Shown: positions 31,532-41,152, counted from the stretch's first letter. The stretch: DNA of 64,000 nucleotides from Parachlamydiales bacterium (GCA_963765145.1 CAVXVG010000026.1:96001-160000); one strand, 5' to 3'. Notes: generated by a model not told the origin, from the sequence alone. Numbers and translations: made by a program.

Positions 31532-31709
31532 GGTTTGTATTTTCTTAATAAATTTTGGCGGAAAATTAATTTTGTCTTTACATTTGGTTGGTAGACTTTC
31601 GCTTTTCAAACAAAAAAATCGGAACAAAATGTCTCGCACACTACTAGCGGCCCTTTTATCCGAAAGAAAACAGATCTCTGCAACCTTCTTAAGCTACTAG
31701 GAGTTTTTT

Positions 31710-32534
31710 ATGTCAGCAAACTGGCCACAACAAGGTCTTTATCCAGCACCACCATATCCATCAGGAGCCCCACCAGAGTATTCACAGTATGCACCAGGCT
31801 ATACGGAATACGCTGCCCCTACTGCACCTGCTTCTGAGCAGCCAGCTCCGGCACCTGTAAGGGAAGCAGAAGCGGCAAGACCTGCTTTTTCTTGGAAAAG
31901 AGCGATTTTCTCAGGTTCAATGGCCTATTTAGTGCTTCATTATTCCTTCCGTGTCGTTAATCCAAATGCAGCATCGATCAGTTTTGTAGTGGGAATGTTT
32001 TTTGGATTTCTAGGCGATCCGCAGCGGAAATCTCGTATTTTTGTACAAAGACTCAACCCTTTTCATTATTTGCCACGAATAGGTTCCTATACTCCCGCAC
32101 CTAGTCAATATCCTGTTCCAGAAGTTGTCATAACTCCTGTTATTGTTGAAACCCATACTCCTGCACCTCAACCTGTCAGGGTAACAAGCACATTCGGGTT
32201 TGTAAATACGGCTCCTTATGGCAGCACGTCTTTCGGCGGACAATCTTACGCACGACCTCTTGAACCAATTTATACTCCTCAATCTCGAGTTGTTAAAACA
32301 ACAGTTTATTCAACCCCTCCCGTCGTGCCTGTGTTAAATCTTGTTTCTAGCATGCTTTTAGGAGGATCTTCTAGTACTCCACCTCCAGGGCCAACTATTT
32401 CCAATGTTCGTTCAGTGCCACCGGCGAGACCAGCGCCAACTAGCAGTTCATCAGCGTCACCTCCCCCTCTTGGAAGGGCTGTAAGAGCTCATCAGCCAAA
32501 TAGTAGGCCCCCACAATCTGGTAATCAGTATTGA
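31710..32534 (+). CDS. Pro-rich Inc-like protein with PPxY and PTAP motifs
   Basis: AGGAG RBS; two adjacent hydrophobic segments at about aa 65-102; PPEY at aa 21-24, PTAP at aa 37-40. Confidence 0.7.
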   Translation: MSANWPQQGLYPAPPYPSGAPPEYSQYAPGYTEYAAPTAPASEQPAPAPVREAEAARPAFSWKRAIFSGSMAYLVLHYSFRVVNPNAASISFVVGMFFGFLGDPQRKSRIFVQRLNPFHYLPRIGSYTPAPSQYPVPEVVITPVIVETHTPAPQPVRVTSTFGFVNTAPYGSTSFGGQSYARPLEPIYTPQSRVVKTTVYSTPPVVPVLNLVSSMLLGGSSSTPPPGPTISNVRSVPPARPAPTSSSSASPPPLGRAVRAHQPNSRPPQSGNQY

Positions 32535-32574
32535 ATAACGCTAGTTCTACCCCTAACACATTGTTTTTCAACAG

Positions 32575-32965
32575 TGTAGCTTAGGCTTTAGAGGTACTTG
32601 CAAAAATCGGATTGTTGGCTTTTTTTTAGAAACAGGTCCGAAGGACCGAAATATGAAAGCCCAGCGCCGAAGGCCTGGGTTACAAATGTGAAATAAAATT
32701 GGAGTCCTGAAAGGACGGCATAAAATATCTCCTGTAGTGTTTGTGGAACAGGATATGTCGTCCCTTCAGGACTCCAATTTCTATTGGCATACTTACCCTG
32801 GCCTTCGACCAGGGCTTTCATATTTCGGCCCTTCGGGCCTGTTTCTGAGCTTAATCTGATTTTTGCAAGTGGCTCTTTAGCCTGAGCTTGTTTTTGCAGG
32901 TTTTAACCTGCATTACCACAGGTTAAAACCTGTGGAAACGAGCTCAGACTAAAGTCTAAGCTACA
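32575..32965. repeat. Family C palindrome interrupted by family B copy 3
   Basis: Arms tgtagcttaggcttta[B]tttagcctgagcttgttt and aaacgagctcagactaaagtctaagctaca; core ccacaggttaaaacctgtgg. Confidence 0.85.
32591..32875. mobile_element. MITE-like element, family B copy 3
   Basis: Terminal IRs gaggtacttgcaaaaatc / gatttttgcaagtggctc, flanked by TTTA (32587-32590, 32876-32879); REP-like interior. Confidence 0.75.
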
Positions 32966-33077
32966 ATGCTGATGTTTGCGAATCGAATTGGCGTTGTTGA
33001 AAGGGGATGTTTGTGGCGCCAGTTGTTAAATAGAGCTAAAGCTCTTTCTCCGGGAGGTTCATTCTCTCCCGGAGAGT

Positions 33078-33770
33078 CTAGAAATTGGAGAGTGTTCGGT
33101 TCTTTTGGTAGTGAAGCTCGATCCCGTTAGCGACCTCTTCAGGGTCGTCAGTTATTCTCATCCGGTCGATATCGACCTGCCCGATACAGCCCGATTTTAA
33201 AACTGTGTCTGACATCCAATCCATCAACCCTTTCCAATAGCTTGTCCCCATCAGATAGATAGGGAAGGGGTGGATCTTTTCGGTTTGTATAAGTGTCAAA
33301 GCTTCAAACATTTCATCCATCGTCCCCACACCGCCCGGAAAAAAGACATACCCTTGGGCATACCTGATAAACATCACTTTTCGAACAAAAAAGTAGCGAT
33401 AGTGCATGTCATATTTTCTGTCGATAAAGCTATTGACATTAGCTTCAAAGGGCAACTGGATGCTAAGACCGCAGCTAATCCCTTTTGCCTGCTGAGCTCC
33501 TCTGTTGGCAGCTTCCATCACTCCGCCACCGCCGCCGGTGATGACAGCAAACCCTTTTCTAGCAATAGCTTTGGCTGTTTGTACAGCTAACTTATAATAG
33601 GGATCTGATGGTAAAGTTCTTGCCGATCCAAAAATGGAGACCGACGGACCGATATGGGTCATGGTTTCGAAGCCGTCGACAAACTCTGAAATGATACGAA
33701 AGACACGCCAAGCATCGGGCGTGGGGGTGACGTTCGGATCGGTGAACTCAAAAAAACTAGGATCGGTCAT
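33078..33770 (-). CDS. LOG-family nucleotide phosphoribohydrolase
   Basis: SIFGSAR, TGGGGGVMEA, YFFVRKVMF, PGGVGTMDE. Confidence 0.93.
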   Translation of the reverse strand: MTDPSFFEFTDPNVTPTPDAWRVFRIISEFVDGFETMTHIGPSVSIFGSARTLPSDPYYKLAVQTAKAIARKGFAVITGGGGGVMEAANRGAQQAKGISCGLSIQLPFEANVNSFIDRKYDMHYRYFFVRKVMFIRYAQGYVFFPGGVGTMDEMFEALTLIQTEKIHPFPIYLMGTSYWKGLMDWMSDTVLKSGCIGQVDIDRMRITDDPEEVANGIELHYQKNRTLSNF

Positions 33771-33806
33771 AATCGCACCTTACAACGAGAGATTGGAACT
33801 TTTCAA

Positions 33807-34622
33807 ATGAACTTTTTAATAAATGATTTAAAGCTCAACCGCTTTATCTTCTCTCTGCCTTGGCTCCTTGTCTCTTATTTGCTTCTGTTGTTCTCTTATC
33901 CGGCACACAATCAATCGATTGTGTTTTGGGCTGCCATCTTAGTCTCTTTCTTTGGGGCCAGGTGTTTAGGGATGAGCCTCAATCAAATTTTTGATGTCGA
34001 TTTTGACAGGCGGAATGTCAGGACAAAAAATAGGGCACTTGCAAGTGGAATGCTTTCACTTTCAAAAGCATACGCGGTTGCCACCGTCTCGTTTTTACTG
34101 CTTATTTTGCCGCTGTTTTTTATAGGCTCAACCATTTTTTTGTATGCTTCAGTTCCGATTCTTTTGATCATGACCTATTCATTGACAAAGAGATGGACGC
34201 CGTTTTGCCATTTTTGGCTAGGATCTATCTATTTTTTTCTGCCGACAGCTTTATCTTTAGCCCTGTATGGAAAAATTCATCAAGAGTCGGTTTTATTGGG
34301 TGTGGCCTTTGCTGCTTTCATCACAGCAGGTGACTTGCTGTACTCGATACAAGATCGACTGATCGACCAACAGGAGGGGTTAAAAAGTTTCCCCTCGACG
34401 TTTGGGGTAGATAAGACTGTGTGGATGGCCCGTTTTTTAGTTCTTTTGGGGCTGATTTGCTTAGGTAGTCTTCATCTGTATGTCAGTTGCTTGGCTTTGA
34501 GCTTATTGTGGGGGCGTTTTCTTTTTTCCAGGGCAATCACAGAAGGCGCTGTTGCCAACCGTGCGTTTCAAACCTGTAACACATTTGGAGCTCTCTTATT
34601 GCTCCTAACTTTTTGGGTGTAA
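33807..34622 (+). CDS. ubiA: UbiA/MqnP-family prenyltransferase
   Basis: NQIFDVDFDRRNVRTKNR, YSLTKR, DLLYSIQD; multiple TM segments. Confidence 0.88.
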   Translation: MNFLINDLKLNRFIFSLPWLLVSYLLLLFSYPAHNQSIVFWAAILVSFFGARCLGMSLNQIFDVDFDRRNVRTKNRALASGMLSLSKAYAVATVSFLLLILPLFFIGSTIFLYASVPILLIMTYSLTKRWTPFCHFWLGSIYFFLPTALSLALYGKIHQESVLLGVAFAAFITAGDLLYSIQDRLIDQQEGLKSFPSTFGVDKTVWMARFLVLLGLICLGSLHLYVSCLALSLLWGRFLFSRAITEGAVANRAFQTCNTFGALLLLLTFWV

Positions 34623-35201
34623 ATGATTGTTTTAGCTATTTCAGGTGCTTCCGGCATTATTTTATCCTTCATTCTTCTGGAAAAACTGACTGCGATGGGG
34701 GAGAAGGTCGCCCTTGTCATGACCCGCGACGCCTCTTTAACGGCCCACCAAGAGCTTGGGGCAAGTTTTGCAACAGCCGAAAAAATGAAAGCGCAGCTAT
34801 CAAAACAGCAGCAAGAATTGGTTGAGGTCTACAATATCCATGATTTCATGGCTCCGATCGCATCGGGCTCTCACATCACAAAAGGGATGATCGTCGTACC
34901 TTGCAGCATGGCCTCTCTTGCTGCCATTGCCATAGGGCTTTCAGATAATCTTCTCCGTAGAGCTGCTGATGTGACGATTAAAGAGGGGAGGAAGCTGATC
35001 ATTGTTCCCCGCGAAGCCCCGATGAGCGCTATCCATCTGGAAAACCAGCTGACCCTTGCTAAGCTTGGCGTCTGCATCTTTCCTCCGATACCAGCCTGGT
35101 ATAATCTGCCCAAAACCCTTCGTGAAGCTGAAGAGATGATGTGTGCCAGAATACTCGACCAGCTCGGCCTCCACATCCCTACAAAGCGGTGGGGTAATTA
35201 A
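34623..35201 (+). CDS. ubiX: Flavin prenyltransferase
   Basis: ISGASG, IASGS, PCSM, RAADVTIKE, PREAP. Confidence 0.95.
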   Translation: MIVLAISGASGIILSFILLEKLTAMGEKVALVMTRDASLTAHQELGASFATAEKMKAQLSKQQQELVEVYNIHDFMAPIASGSHITKGMIVVPCSMASLAAIAIGLSDNLLRRAADVTIKEGRKLIIVPREAPMSAIHLENQLTLAKLGVCIFPPIPAWYNLPKTLREAEEMMCARILDQLGLHIPTKRWGN

Positions 35202-35217
35202 AAAACGACCATAAAAA

Positions 35218-35359
35218 AACCACAGAGGCAGTGAGATCACAGAGGAAAGACGAGAATAATGAGACGGGGAGACGCAGTGAAGGAATTTCAATGTCCTTAC
35301 CAAAAAAATGGCTCTCAACGCCCTCATCTTTTCTCTGTGATCTCACTGCCTCTGTGGTT
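35218..35359. repeat. Inverted repeat with 27-bp perfect arms
   Basis: aaccacagaggcagtgagatcacagag ... ctctgtgatctcactgcctctgtggtt, between convergent genes. Confidence 0.9.
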
Positions 35360-35384
35360 GAAATAGTAAGATGTATGTAAAGGG

Positions 35385-36311
35385 CTAGTAGTGCTTGCGG
35401 CCGAAGAGGGCAGAGGAGATGCGTTCGACTTTAGTTGTGCGCTTCCAGTTACTGCCGGCAGGACCAGCGGCCACTTCATGCAGGTTTTCGATAGCCATAA
35501 AAGCGCCGGGGTCGACGCTCAGCACTAAAGCTTTCATGTCGGCCAGTTGTAAACGCTCGCAGATCACATAAATGATCTCTTTTTCAACACCGGAAAAGCC
35601 GCCCCTTCCGTACATGATCGTGAGACCAAGCCCCATCTCGTGCATGATCGCCTGAGAAATGGCTTTGGATTGGGTGGAGATGATGAGAACAGATTTTGTC
35701 TCATCCAGACCGACAATAACCCCGTCCATTACCTTGATGACGACAAAATAGGTGATCATCGACAGCAGTGCCGGGTGCCAATCTTTTAAAACAATGCCTG
35801 CCGCTGCGAATACAAAGATGTTGCAGGCCATGACGACTTGGCCAACCGTGATGCCTGTTCTTTTGTGTGCGATGATTCCTAAAATTTCGGTTCCATCGAT
35901 GCATCCCCCCATTCGGATGATCAGGCCAAGGCCAATCCCCAACAGAGCTCCGGCTACAACAACGACTTCAATAGTTTCGCCTTTGAAGGGGGTGTGAAAA
36001 TATTGTTGAATGATAGCCAAAGAGACTGCGAAAAAAATGTTAGCTACAACTAAATGGAGCACAAATGCCTTTCCAATATTTCTCCAGGCCATAAAAATGA
36101 ACGGAATATTAAGGGCGATAAGCAAAAGAGGCAAAAATTGCTTCCCTACAAAAGTAGAGATCAACATGGCTATACCGACCGTTCCGCCGTCGAACAGGTT
36201 GTTGGGAATAAAAAAGACATCCAATGCCAGGGCAGCAATAAATGCTCCTATAAGGGTCCATACATAGTACATGACCTGAGCGATGAGAGGTTCTTTAGTT
36301 TGGTGCGCCAT
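35385..36311 (-). CDS. YitT-family membrane protein
   Basis: DGGTVGIA, GGCIDGTEI, GLTIMYGRGGFS, DPGAF. Confidence 0.9.
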   Translation of the reverse strand: MAHQTKEPLIAQVMYYVWTLIGAFIAALALDVFFIPNNLFDGGTVGIAMLISTFVGKQFLPLLLIALNIPFIFMAWRNIGKAFVLHLVVANIFFAVSLAIIQQYFHTPFKGETIEVVVVAGALLGIGLGLIIRMGGCIDGTEILGIIAHKRTGITVGQVVMACNIFVFAAAGIVLKDWHPALLSMITYFVVIKVMDGVIVGLDETKSVLIISTQSKAISQAIMHEMGLGLTIMYGRGGFSGVEKEIIYVICERLQLADMKALVLSVDPGAFMAIENLHEVAAGPAGSNWKRTTKVERISSALFGRKHY

Positions 36312-36385
36312 AAAGTTGGCAGTGTAACAGAGCGAGAAGCTTAATTACCATTAGATTTACATCTCTCCTTGATTAAGGAAAAATG

Positions 36386-36459
36386 CGCGGGAGACGGGGC
36401 TCGAACCCGCAACTTCCGCCGTGACAGGGCGGTGCTCTAACCAATTGAACTACTCCCGC
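36386..36459 (-). tRNA. tRNA-Asp(GTC)
   Basis: Cloverleaf GCGGGAG..., anticodon loop CTGTCAC, GTTCGAG T-loop. Confidence 0.97.
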
Positions 36460-36469
36460 AAAGAGTCTT

Positions 36470-36542
36470 TGGGCGCAACAGGACTCGAACCTATGACCAC
36501 CTGTGTGTAAGACAGGAGCTCTACCAACTGAGCTATACGCCC
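36470..36542 (-). tRNA. tRNA-Val(TAC)
   Basis: Cloverleaf GGGCGTA..., anticodon loop CTTACAC. Confidence 0.97.
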
Positions 36543-36616
36543 TTCAAATAAGAAAGATAGCAGAATTCTATAGCGGCGCCTATTTTTTGGGTAGAGGTTT
36601 TTTTCTAACGCTCTTT

Positions 36617-37327
36617 TTATGGTTCGGCAGCCTTTTGTGAGCCATAGGTTAATGCGGCTGAATTTAAATTGTCCCAAAGATCAGGAAAGGTGGCTTCAAG
36701 AATATTTAAAGCGTCTTTTGCCTGCCTGCGCATTGAAGTTTGTCCTTTGGGGCAACGGCAAGTAGCCCTTAAATAACCGGCTTCTTTACTGAAGGCAATG
36801 ATTTGGTCTTCTGTCGAGTAGATAAGAGGACGGATAATGGTGATGCCATAGTGCTGCATATGGATTTTAGGTAAAGCACCTGCAAATTCGCCTTTACCAA
36901 ATAGGTTAAGCATCAATGTGACCACATTGTCATCTCGATGATGGCCAAAAGCCAAAGTGTTGAACCCTTCCTTTTTGGCTGCATCAAATAGCAAAGAGCG
37001 CCTTTCTCTTGAGCAGCTGTAACACTCTAACTCTTCCAAAGTACGGTCTGACTTCAAAACGGTTAGCGGAACCCCTAGTGAATCGCACACCTCTTTCAAG
37101 TAGGAGGTCGTTACCCCGGCACCGCAGCTAAATTCACCTGATACATGAAAAGCATGAAGAGGGAAGGGAGGGAATCCTTTGCCAGAGATCCTATTCAGCA
37201 AGTAGAGGAGGCTTAAGCTATCTTTGCCGCCACTTAAAGCCACGCCAACGCCCCCCACAGGTGGGATCATTTCGTACGTAAAAAGTGCTTTTCTGACCTG
37301 GGATTCCAGTTTTCGAAAGAGAATCAT
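36617..37327 (-). CDS. ttcA: tRNA 2-thiocytidine biosynthesis protein
   Basis: PP-loop SGGKDS, CYSCSRERR, GHHRDD, IIRPL. Confidence 0.88.
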   Translation of the reverse strand: MILFRKLESQVRKALFTYEMIPPVGGVGVALSGGKDSLSLLYLLNRISGKGFPPFPLHAFHVSGEFSCGAGVTTSYLKEVCDSLGVPLTVLKSDRTLEELECYSCSRERRSLLFDAAKKEGFNTLAFGHHRDDNVVTLMLNLFGKGEFAGALPKIHMQHYGITIIRPLIYSTEDQIIAFSKEAGYLRATCRCPKGQTSMRRQAKDALNILEATFPDLWDNLNSAALTYGSQKAAEP

Positions 37328-37386
37328 TCCTAGAATTATGTAAACCGTTTAAAATGGACCTTTAATTTTACTTTATAGCTGAAAAA

Positions 37387-37713
37387 ATGTCTAAACAAGC
37401 CGGTCGAAACGATCCTTGTCCATGCGGATCAGGGAAAAAATATAAAAGTTGCTGCTGGGGAAAAAACGTTCCTCAAAGCGATTTGTCCAGAAAGCCTCTC
37501 TTTGCAAGAGCTATCACTGCCAATTCCACCACCCCTAAGCGCACCTTTGCTGCAAAGCTGATCCAAGGTAAGACAAGGGATATGCTAGAAGATGTCTTTG
37601 CCAAGGAAATCACGAGCGCAGCTGAACAACCAGCCCCTCCAGTGCCTCCATCTCTTGAGATTCCACCCTCAATTTTACCATCCGATTACAAGGAATGGAA
37701 AAAAGAAGAGTAA
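37387..37713 (+). CDS. SEC-C motif protein
   Basis: [18 protein letters not shown] at the N-terminus. Confidence 0.9.
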   Translation: MSKQAGRNDPCPCGSGKKYKSCCWGKNVPQSDLSRKPLFARAITANSTTPKRTFAAKLIQGKTRDMLEDVFAKEITSAAEQPAPPVPPSLEIPPSILPSDYKEWKKEE

Positions 37714-37759
37714 CCACTTGTCAATTAGGCAGCAATTTTGTTATCTTGTTGCACATCTT

Positions 37760-37832
<73 letters not shown>

Positions 37833-37845
37833 ATTTTCTTCTTTC

Positions 37846-37927
37846 GGGGGTGTCGCATAGCGGCAATTGCAAGGGACTGTAAATCCCTCGTCTCACGACT
37901 CCGTTGGTTCGAGTCCAACCGCCCCCA
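37846..37927 (+). tRNA. tRNA-Tyr(GTA)
   Basis: Anticodon loop CTGTAAA, long variable arm, GTTCGAG T-loop. Confidence 0.96.
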
Positions 37928-38058
37928 TTGTTACCACGGACAAATTCTATAGATCTCGAAAGAGGGGATAGCGTTCGCTATCTATACCCCTCTTCCGAGA
38001 TCTTACGAATTTGTCTCGCGTTAACAACGGGGGACCGAGGGCCTTTACGCTAAAAGTT
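37913..38058 (+). repeat. tRNA-Tyr 3' end plus hairpin unit, copy 1
   Basis: Direct repeat of 39198-39343 (gtccaaccgccc, gacaaattctata, ggggatagcgttcgctatctatacccc, aacaacgggggaccgagggccttta). Confidence 0.85.
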
Positions 38059-38206
38059 TCTTCTTTCGCAATGCGTTCGTATCTAGCAACATCTCTCAAG
38101 TCGCAAGCCCGAGCCTAATCCTGATCGATCAAATCCCAAATTGTAAGACAGGCCCAAATCCTCTAGAAAATTTTATATTTAAGATTGTAGAAGTGAAATT
38201 ATTTAA

Positions 38207-38237
38207 AAATATCACCTTATTTAGCAAGGTGATATTT
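38207..38237. promoter_or_regulatory. 12-bp inverted repeat, possible operator
   Basis: aaatatcacctt-N7-aaggtgatattt in AT-rich DNA upstream of 38345. Confidence 0.4.
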
Positions 38238-38344
38238 AAATTTAATTTTACATTAATTAGTGATGTAGTTTAAGATGTGATTTAATTGTATTTGTTGAGT
38301 AGCCGGCGAATGAAATTAGATTTAAATAAATGAGGAGATGATAT

Positions 38345-39091
38345 ATGACGACCGTTCAAAATGCCGTAAAAAATAGGCCTTTTTATGATGTTTATGTTGA
38401 CGTAAATGGCACAATTACTAATCGACCTGAAGAAAGCGATGCCTTAAAAGCTTTAGCAAATAGTGATATACGAGTAATTAAAGAAAGCTTTTTTCCTTCT
38501 TTTATTAATGCACTTATAGCTCTTTCTGAGGGTCAACAACAAGGTAAATTGGACTATCGCATTACAGTGATAAGCTACTGTAGAATACCGGAGCATTTTC
38601 CTTTAACTGTTCAAATTTTAAGCAAACTTTTTGGAGAGAATTTTTTTGTAGGAATAATTAAAGATAATAATATTATTCCAGGAAAGGTTGAAGCTAATGA
38701 AGGTGAGTGTAATTTTAGTTTAGATGATCATAAAAAGACTTCTCTCTCACAATCTTTTGCTGAACTGCAGAAACATAAATTTGTGATTCTTAGAGGTGAT
38801 TTTGAAGCTTGGAGGCGATCGGGCTTTGCTTCCCAGAGTGGAAAACCGTTCTACGTAGCTGAAGGTAGACTTCCGGTATTTTTTGATGATAATCTCATCA
38901 AGCAAAACTCGGAAGGAACTGTTAAATATATCGTTCACCCAATGACTCCAGCTGGAGGGACGATTTCTTTTGAGAAAGTGGAGAGACTATGTGTTCAAGT
39001 GGACCCAGTCGAAGCAGAAAAGCAATCAAACTATTTTATCAACAAAATCAACTCTATTGCTGGTAATACTCTTTTATCTGCAAAGCTGTGA
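38345..39091 (+). CDS. HAD-like hypothetical protein
   Basis: YVDVNGTI resembles HAD motif I and FFDDN motif IV; GAGGAG RBS; AT-rich. Confidence 0.6.
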   Translation: MTTVQNAVKNRPFYDVYVDVNGTITNRPEESDALKALANSDIRVIKESFFPSFINALIALSEGQQQGKLDYRITVISYCRIPEHFPLTVQILSKLFGENFFVGIIKDNNIIPGKVEANEGECNFSLDDHKKTSLSQSFAELQKHKFVILRGDFEAWRRSGFASQSGKPFYVAEGRLPVFFDDNLIKQNSEGTVKYIVHPMTPAGGTISFEKVERLCVQVDPVEAEKQSNYFINKINSIAGNTLLSAKL

Positions 39092-39095
39092 GATG

Positions 39096-39143
39096 TATAC
39101 GCAAGAGAACTCAAAACCAAAATTTTGAGTTCTCTTGCGTATA
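39096..39143. terminator. Perfect 21-bp-arm hairpin after the stop codon
   Basis: tatacgcaagagaactcaaaa-N6-ttttgagttctcttgcgtata. Confidence 0.55.
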
Positions 39144-39197
39144 AGCATCAAATTTAAAGAGGATGATCAGGCTTTACCAATCAAAAGTTCTGAAATC

Positions 39198-39343
39198 GTC
39201 CAACCGCCCTCAACTTTTAGCTGACAAATTCTATAAATCATGACGAAGGGGATAGCGTTCGCTATCTATACCCCAACACCTGAGATTTTACGAATTTGTC
39301 GCGTGCTAACAACGGGGGACCGAGGGCCTTTAAGTTAAAAGTT
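39198..39343 (+). repeat. tRNA-Tyr 3' end plus hairpin unit, copy 2
   Basis: Direct repeat of 37913-38058. Confidence 0.85.
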
Positions 39344-39496
39344 GACTTCGTTCGCAACACGACCTTGTTACATAAGTAACTACAGAAGCAATTGGCCTTT
39401 CACTCCAAACGCGTTGCGAACTTAAAAAGCTTTTTTCTTGATATGAGAGACAATAAAAAACTCTATTAAAATCACGAATTGTGACATCATATTTTC

Positions 39497-41152
39497 ATGG
39501 AAAAAGTGCATTCTAATATACAACCCGTTGATAATACACGACCCATTCAATGGAAATCTTCCCTTCTTCGGTTGGGAGGAGCTGTGGTAGTAACGGCGAT
39601 TGCTTTACTCGCTTTGCAGATAGAAAGAAAAAACGTTGAATATTTTATTCATGACGTCAAAGAAAACGTTTTCAAATCCGTTCATATAGATCCGTTTTTA
39701 GCTTTAAGTCTTCTTGTCATTGTTGTTGCGTGTATCAACTCAATCAATTCAATCAGATCGATTCTTAAAAAGAAGGAAACGACAACTGGATTAGAAATAA
39801 AGTATCTAACTCATGAAAAATTTCTCGTCTTATTAAAAAAACTCTATCCAGACTATGTGGCTGCTGGACTTTGTAGAGGATATTCTTTAACAGTGATAGG
39901 CGATCTCTTAGAAGAATCTTCTTCTTTCAGAGGCAGTCTAAAGAAACTAGACAGTCTGATGGGTCGCTTTAAGGAAGAAGATCTTATAAGAAAGATTAAG
40001 GAAGATGAAGAACTATCTGATTTTTTCAAGAAGATATATACGAAATATTATAAACATAAAACAGACAACCTAATCGGGGCAGTATCGGGTACTTATACTA
40101 GCCCTCAAGATCTCTTACCTCTTATGCTTAGTTTTCAAGAACAGTTAAACTCCGCTTCAATTCCTTTTAAAGCTCTAGTTTTTTCGATTGGATCCAAAGA
40201 CCACAATATCGTATTTGGATTCAACTCAGAGGAAAACGTATATAGATTGATAGATGCTAGTGATTTAAATTTAAATATTTTTCCTTTGGACTCCATTTCC
40301 AAACAAATAGCTAGTTCTTATGATCTTCCAGAGAAAAGCAAAGCCTTTTATGTGCAAGTTTTCTTATCTACAGATAATGAAAATGAATTAGGCTCCAAAA
40401 ACACTTTTAATGCTTGGAAAACATCTATTTTACCTAAGCACATCCAAAGCCTATCTTCCTTAAGCGAAGAAGAAAAATCTAATTGGCTCTACAGTGCTGC
40501 TTATTCAAACGATGTGCAAAGCGTATGTTTACTTGTTGACAAAGGGGTAAACGTTAATCAGACAGGTAAAGGGGGATTTACCTCTCTTCACGTGGCTTGT
40601 CAAAATGGTCACGAAGAAGTCGTTAAAATACTTGTTGATAAGGTAAATAATTTTAATCAAACAACTAAGGCTGGATCTACCCCTCTTTTCGTAGCTTGTC
40701 AAGATGGTCATGAAAAAGTCGTTGAAATACTTATTGGTAAAGGATCGAACGTTAATCAAGCAAATGAGAATGGGGCTACTCCTCTTTACATGGCCTGTCA
40801 AAATGGTCGTGAAAAAGTTGTTCAATTACTCATTGATAAAGGAGCTGACGTTAATCAAACAGATAAGGATGGATGTATCCCCCTTCATGTGGCCTCTGCA
40901 AATGGTCACGAAGAAGTCGTTAAACTACTTATTAATAAAGTAGATAACGTTAATCAAGCAAATAAGAATGGATGGACCCCTCTTCACGTGGCTTCTCAAT
41001 ACGGTCATGAAAAGATTGTGCAAATACTTATAGATGCCAAAGCTGATGTAAATCTAGCAAACAGAGCCGGGGCTCGTCCCTTAGCATTCGCTCGTTACAT
41101 GAAACATAAAAAGATTGAACAAATGCTTCTTGCTGCAGAAGGCAAATGTTGA
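39497..41152 (+). CDS. Ankyrin-repeat protein with two N-terminal TM segments and a putative C58/YopT-like protease domain
   Basis: About six ankyrin repeats (GxTPLxxAcxxG); GLCRG ... HNI ... LID triad spacing. Confidence 0.85.
   Translation: MEKVHSNIQPVDNTRPIQWKSSLLRLGGAVVVTAIALLALQIERKNVEYFIHDVKENVFKSVHIDPFLALSLLVIVVACINSINSIRSILKKKETTTGLEIKYLTHEKFLVLLKKLYPDYVAAGLCRGYSLTVIGDLLEESSSFRGSLKKLDSLMGRFKEEDLIRKIKEDEELSDFFKKIYTKYYKHKTDNLIGAVSGTYTSPQDLLPLMLSFQEQLNSASIPFKALVFSIGSKDHNIVFGFNSEENVYRLIDASDLNLNIFPLDSISKQIASSYDLPEKSKAFYVQVFLSTDNENELGSKNTFNAWKTSILPKHIQSLSSLSEEEKSNWLYSAAYSNDVQSVCLLVDKGVNVNQTGKGGFTSLHVACQNGHEEVVKILVDKVNNFNQTTKAGSTPLFVACQDGHEKVVEILIGKGSNVNQANENGATPLYMACQNGREKVVQLLIDKGADVNQTDKDGCIPLHVASANGHEEVVKLLINKVDNVNQANKNGWTPLHVASQYGHEKIVQILIDAKADVNLANRAGARPLAFARYMKHKKIEQMLLAAEGKC

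Noticed and set aside
31413..32821. Short ORFs 31413..31700, 31457..31639 and 32588..32821 (also 47435..47656, 10074..10262)
   Set aside because: They read through palindromic repeat elements and show no protein motifs
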